The notes under the pieces were generated by a model. It was not told the origin of the DNA, made no database searches, and saw only the letters and a program-made list of their open reading frames with translations. Made by a program: the position numbers and the translations under genes. This document shows positions 59,476 through 64,000 of a stretch of 64,000 nucleotides of DNA, in pieces; positions within the stretch are counted from its first letter, which is position 1; the number at the start of each line of letters is the position of its first letter. The DNA lies in contig CAUYUJ010000126.1 in the NCBI GenBank assembly GCA_963575745.1, positions 310,001 through 374,000 of the forward strand. Direction: 5' to 3'. Source of the DNA: Prorocentrum cordatum (lineage: Eukaryota).

Positions 59476-60229
59476 TACGCTCCCGGCCCACCCGCTCTGT
59501 GGGCCCAGCCGAGGCCATCCCCAGGCGTCCTCGGGCGGAGCCCGAATCTGCGGCTCGTCCGCCGCCTCTGGAGGGAGCAGGCGTGGGGAGAGGCTGCGGT
59601 GGGTCCGGGCGCTCTGGGCGCAGGCGGTTTAGACGGCTCAGGCTACGTCAGCTCGGACCAGCGGGCTCTTCTCTGAGGCCTGGTGCGGGCCAGTCTGTGC
59701 TGCCTCCAGAGAGCTTAGCTAACCCCACTCGAGGGTCAGCCTGCTGGGCTCTCCACTGGCCCCCCGGAGAGGGCGTCATCAGATGCTGAAACAATCCTCC
59801 TTCCCCTCCTCCACCTCCACCTCCTCTTCTCCTCTTCTCGTCGTCACCGTCATCGTCCTAATGCTGTCGTATCGCTCCTGTCGCTGTCGCCCTCCTCCTC
59901 CTCCTCCCTCATTGTCGTTCCTGTCGCTTCCTGGACAACTCGTCGCCGCCGCACGCCGCCGAGGGCCCGCCGAGCGCCCGTCCGCAGGGCCGCTGGAGGG
60001 GGGGCGCTCCTGGCAGCCTCGGGGCGGCCAGCGCCATCTGCAGCGACGGCCGCCTTGGCCGCGGCCGTGGCCGCCGCCGCTGGGCGTCCCGCGGCGGCCT
60101 TGCGGGCCTGGCGCTCCTCGCGGCGGGGGCCCAGGGCAAAGGTTGGCTGTTCGCCGCTGTCGGCCCCTGGGGGCCCTGCAAGATGCTGCCAAGGGGGCCG
60201 GGAGAACTCCTCTGGGGAGGGGGGATGAT

Positions 60230-60879
60230 GACGGAGGAGGGAAAGAAAGAGAGAAAGAGAGAAACATAAATAAAGAGCGTGAGAGGAGGGGGAGGAGGAG
60301 GAGGAGGAGGAGGAGGAGGAGGAGGAGGAGGAGGAGGAGAAGGAGGAGGAGGAGGAGAAGGAGGAGGAGGAGGAGGAGAAGGAGGAGGAGGAGGATGAGG
60401 AGGAGGAGGAGGAGGAGGAGGAGGATAAGGAGGGCGACGATGACGGCGGCGGCGGCGGAGGCGGCGGCGGCGGAGGCGGCGGAGGAGGCGGCGGAGGCGA
60501 GTGGGCCAGCCAGCCAGGCGGCGCCGCGCGCGGCGTCAGCCGCGCTCCTCGACCCGCTGGCGCAGCTTGGCCTCCGGCCGGGAACGGGGGGAAGAGCGGC
60601 AGGAGGGGGGGAAGCAGGAAGGCGGAGGGGAGGAGGAGGAGGAGGAGGAGGTGGAGGAGCAGGAAGGTGGAGGAGCACGAGGCAGGAGGCAGCTAGGTGA
60701 GGGAGTCGGGGGAGCAGCAGGAGGGGAAGGGGGATGATGCCGCAGGGCATTTCGCCTCGTGGCTCTCCCTCCTGCTCACCCTCCTTCCCCATCCTTTTCC
60801 TCCCCTTTTCCTCCGCCTCGTTCCTGCCATTTCCTCCTGACTCCTCCTCCTCCTCCTCCTCCTCCTCCTCCTCCTCCTC

Positions 60880-60926
<47 letters not shown>

Positions 60927-60930
60927 ATCC
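60230..60930. repeat. (AGG)n, (GGC)n, (CCT)n and (CTG)n microsatellites
   Basis: Directly visible. Confidence 0.9.
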
Positions 60931-61109
60931 GCCACCGTGCCTTTAGGCGCGGAAAGGCATGTCCTGAGGTCCCTTCCTGCAGTCCCGTCCTCCGGACGAA
61001 GGTTCCTCGGGAGCCCGGATCCCAAATTGCCAAATCTTCTTGGGCTTGCCGCGTGCCCCCCGGCAGCATCCTGTCGCGAGACTTTTTCGGGCCCCACGGT
61101 GGGGTAGGA

Positions 61110-62210
61110 GGGCCCCAAGAAGCCCCCAAGACAGCCCAACAGGCCCCAAGTCGCCGAACAAAAACGCCCCAAGACGCCCAAGATGGCCCCCAAAAGGCCT
61201 ACAAGACGCCCCAAGGGCCTCCAAAAGGACTCCCAAGAGGGTCCCAAGAGGCACGAAACTCTGATCTTCCGTAGGTTTATCACAGATTCTGGCGTTCTCG
61301 AATTTTCGGCTTCCCAACGCTCCAAGACGGCCCAAGAGGCCCCAAAGATCGCCCAAATACGGCCCCAGAGACCCTCAAAAGGGCCCGGCCCAAGAGGGCC
61401 CCAAGATGACCCAAGAGGCGCCCAAGACGGCCCAAGAGGGCGCAAAGACGGTTCCAAAAGAAAGCCCTGATGGGGAACCCGAACGGACATTTCCAATCTT
61501 CGGGCCCGAGGGGCCCCCGTGAGGCCCCAAGAGGCCCCCAAGGCTCCGACGAGGCCTCCAAGAGGCCCCCAAAAGGCTCCAAGAGGCCCCCAAGAGGCCC
61601 CCAAGAGGCCCCCAAAAGGCTCCCAAGAGGCTCCCAAGAGGCTCTAGGCCTCCGAGAGCGCTCCGAAGAGACCCCAAGAAGCATCCCTGAGAACTCTGAC
61701 TCACAACACAGGCACGGTGGCGCGGGATTGGCGGACGGCCATCAATTCCGCCGCCCCCTGTTGACTTATCACAGAAGTGTCTGGCGTACTGAACCCTACG
61801 GCTTATGGTCTTTTCCAAAAGAAAACCCCCTGGGCTTCGGCCCCGCGTGCCGGGTGCCCCTCCCGTCAGTTTTTCTCTGCCAATATTGCCTCAAGATGGC
61901 TTCCACAAAGGCCATGATGCTTCCAATACGGTCAAGACGGCGTAGGCAAAGCCCAAGATAGCCCCAAGATGGTCCCAAGATGCCTCTAAGATCGCCAAGA
62001 TGGCCCACGAGAGCCCAAGACGGCCCACGAAACGCTTTAAGATGCCCCGAGGATGGCCGAAAAGGCCTCCAAAAGGTATTCCAGGAAGGCCCGAAGAGGT
62101 CCAAATCATTGATTCCCTCAGGTTTTTGAAGGATGTTCGCATTTGTTTCTTTTCGGCCTTCCGACGGCCCAAGAGCCCCCAATATCGCCCCGAGATAGCC
62201 CAAGATGCCC
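61110..62210 (+). repeat. CCAAGA-rich repeat family D, including ~11-bp (ccccaagaggc)n
   Basis: Tandem ccccaagagg units at ~61550-61645 and dispersed caagatggccc motifs. Confidence 0.75.
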
Positions 62211-64000
62211 CTCCTCCTTCTCCTCCTCCTCCTCCTCCTCCTCCTCCTCCCGGTCTTCCCCGCCATTCTCCCCCAAGTGTTCCCTGAAAGGTTTCCACTA
62301 CGGCTGGGAGGACGCATGGTCCGCTAGCTTGGCAGAGTTCTTGCCACAACGCCAGGCCACGTGGGCGATTCCACAGGGCAGGGGCGGCGGTGACTCGCGG
62401 TAGGCGTCCCCGATCCATACAGACTCCCACTCGGCCGCGCAACCGGCCGGTGGCCACCGGATCTGGGAGGTCACATCCTGCCGGTGGGGGAACAATCCGG
62501 CATCAGCATGTTTCGTCTCGGCACGGGCGGTCCGTCGTCGGCGCTTCAGACTGCGCGGCAGGAGAAGGACGTGGCGCACATCCCGCGCGAAAAGCCGACA
62601 TGCCGTCCTCGCCCTTGGCGCCACGGCAGCTTGCTCTGGAGAACGATTGGGTCCCCGCCTGGGCGCGGCGTACGTCCTTCGCACGCAGCTTCGTCGACGC
62701 GCGAGCGGACGAACGAGTCGTTCGTGCCTCGGCGCCGCGACGCAATCTCTTCGGCCGCCCTTCTGGAGGGAGTTCCCAGCCTGGAACATGTCCCGATCCC
62801 TATGCCGGGCACCTCCTCGTCACGATGCCGATCTCAGGGACCCCCTTTATCTCTGGAGGGCGAACCCCTGAGACCGTCATCGCCTCTTGGCGTGTCGATC
62901 TTAGGCATAGGGATACGCTCGAGGCTGGTGAGGCAGGGGCCGCGCGAGCGGGCGACGCGTCGCCCGCTCGCGCAGTGAGGCCCCGTGCGCGGCTCCCGCG
63001 GAAGCGGCGCTCCCGCGCGGGGCGCCGCGCACGGCGCGCTCGCCGAGAGCGGCCGCGGCAGCGGCCGCGGCCGCGGGGCCGCGGCAGCGGGCGGACGAGG
63101 CTCCGACCTCGCCCGCGGGGGCGCGTTGTCTTCGGCGTGGCCCTCTTCGGAGGGGGCTGCCGCTCCGCGCCCGCCCCCCTGGCGCGGCCCGCGCAGCTTC
63201 AGAAGCCGTCGGAGGCGAGGTCGCGCGCGCGACGGCCTGCCCTCTGCAGGGTGGGGCCGCGAGCCAGTCCCAACATCAGGCTGTGCCGCGAGTGATTATT
63301 TTATGTTGAGGGAGGGAGAGCGGGACCAGGCGGGGCCCTCCGACTTGCTCGGCTTGGCTGGCTTGCTCCTCTGCACGTGCTCGTCCCTCCCTCTCAACCC
63401 TCCTCCCTCCTCCTCACTCTTACTCCTCTTCATCCTCCACCCCGTCCTCCTTGCAAACTCTATCCTCCACCCCGTCCTCCTTGTAAACATATTTGACCCT
63501 TGGGCATGCTCCATCAGGATTCGAGATCCCTGAGGTAAAGACCCATGTAGACCCTGATTCGTTGGGCTTAAGTCGAGAAGCAACCAAATTCGGCCGACAA
63601 ATAATCATGGGAGACTCTGTGTAAAACCGATTGTATTGCAGTACGTTGCCTGTGCTCTTCTCTTTGACCTTCTCCCCCATACAGGGAAGCTGGCTCTAGC
63701 CAGGCCGGGAACGCAAGCTACCTCATCGACGCGCGTGGGCCGAATACCCCACAACATCCATCAAGCACGGAGGTGGAGACAGGAAGACTATGGGACCTGC
63801 CTCCGCCGTCAAAAGTAAAGCACCAGATCAAGGGTGGAGCAATCGCATATCCATTACCTTCTCCCCCTTCCCCAAAGACCGAGGCATGTGCACAAATGAG
63901 CGGGGGGCGAGACCATGGAGCGTACAGGAAGAAAATGAAGGGGCCCAGGGGCACACAACTAAATGGACAAAGCTCCCAGGATTTCCCATATTTCCCACAT

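Overview
This is repeat-dense, GC-rich eukaryotic DNA, most likely from a dinoflagellate: an exact 22-nt dinoflagellate spliced leader (DinoSL) lies at 40215-40236. Most ORFs in the track are artefacts of (CCT)n, (CAT)n, (CAC)n and (TAT)n microsatellites or of satellites. The coding content I can support is three non-LTR (LINE-like) retrotransposons. LINE-1 (~17594-21860, +) is 5'-truncated but has an unbroken RT / Zn-finger / RNase H frame and (CCT)n on both sides. LINE-2 (~22173-26920, -) is heavily decayed and lies tail-to-tail with LINE-1. LINE-3 (40215-~44183, +) begins exactly with DinoSL and has ORF1 plus an APE-RT ORF2. It is frameshifted, internally deleted, and cut at the start of RNase H by three tandem copies of a composite element built from sub-terminal inverted repeats, (ACCAT)n and a 77-bp satellite. 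The most interesting candidate system is a LINE family that may acquire its 5' end by SL trans-splicing and insert into (CCT)n microsatellites. The window also holds several MITE/foldback elements, a ~90-bp minisatellite and many dispersed repeats. I could not identify any host gene with confidence. Coordinates marked ~ and all copy numbers are estimates by eye.
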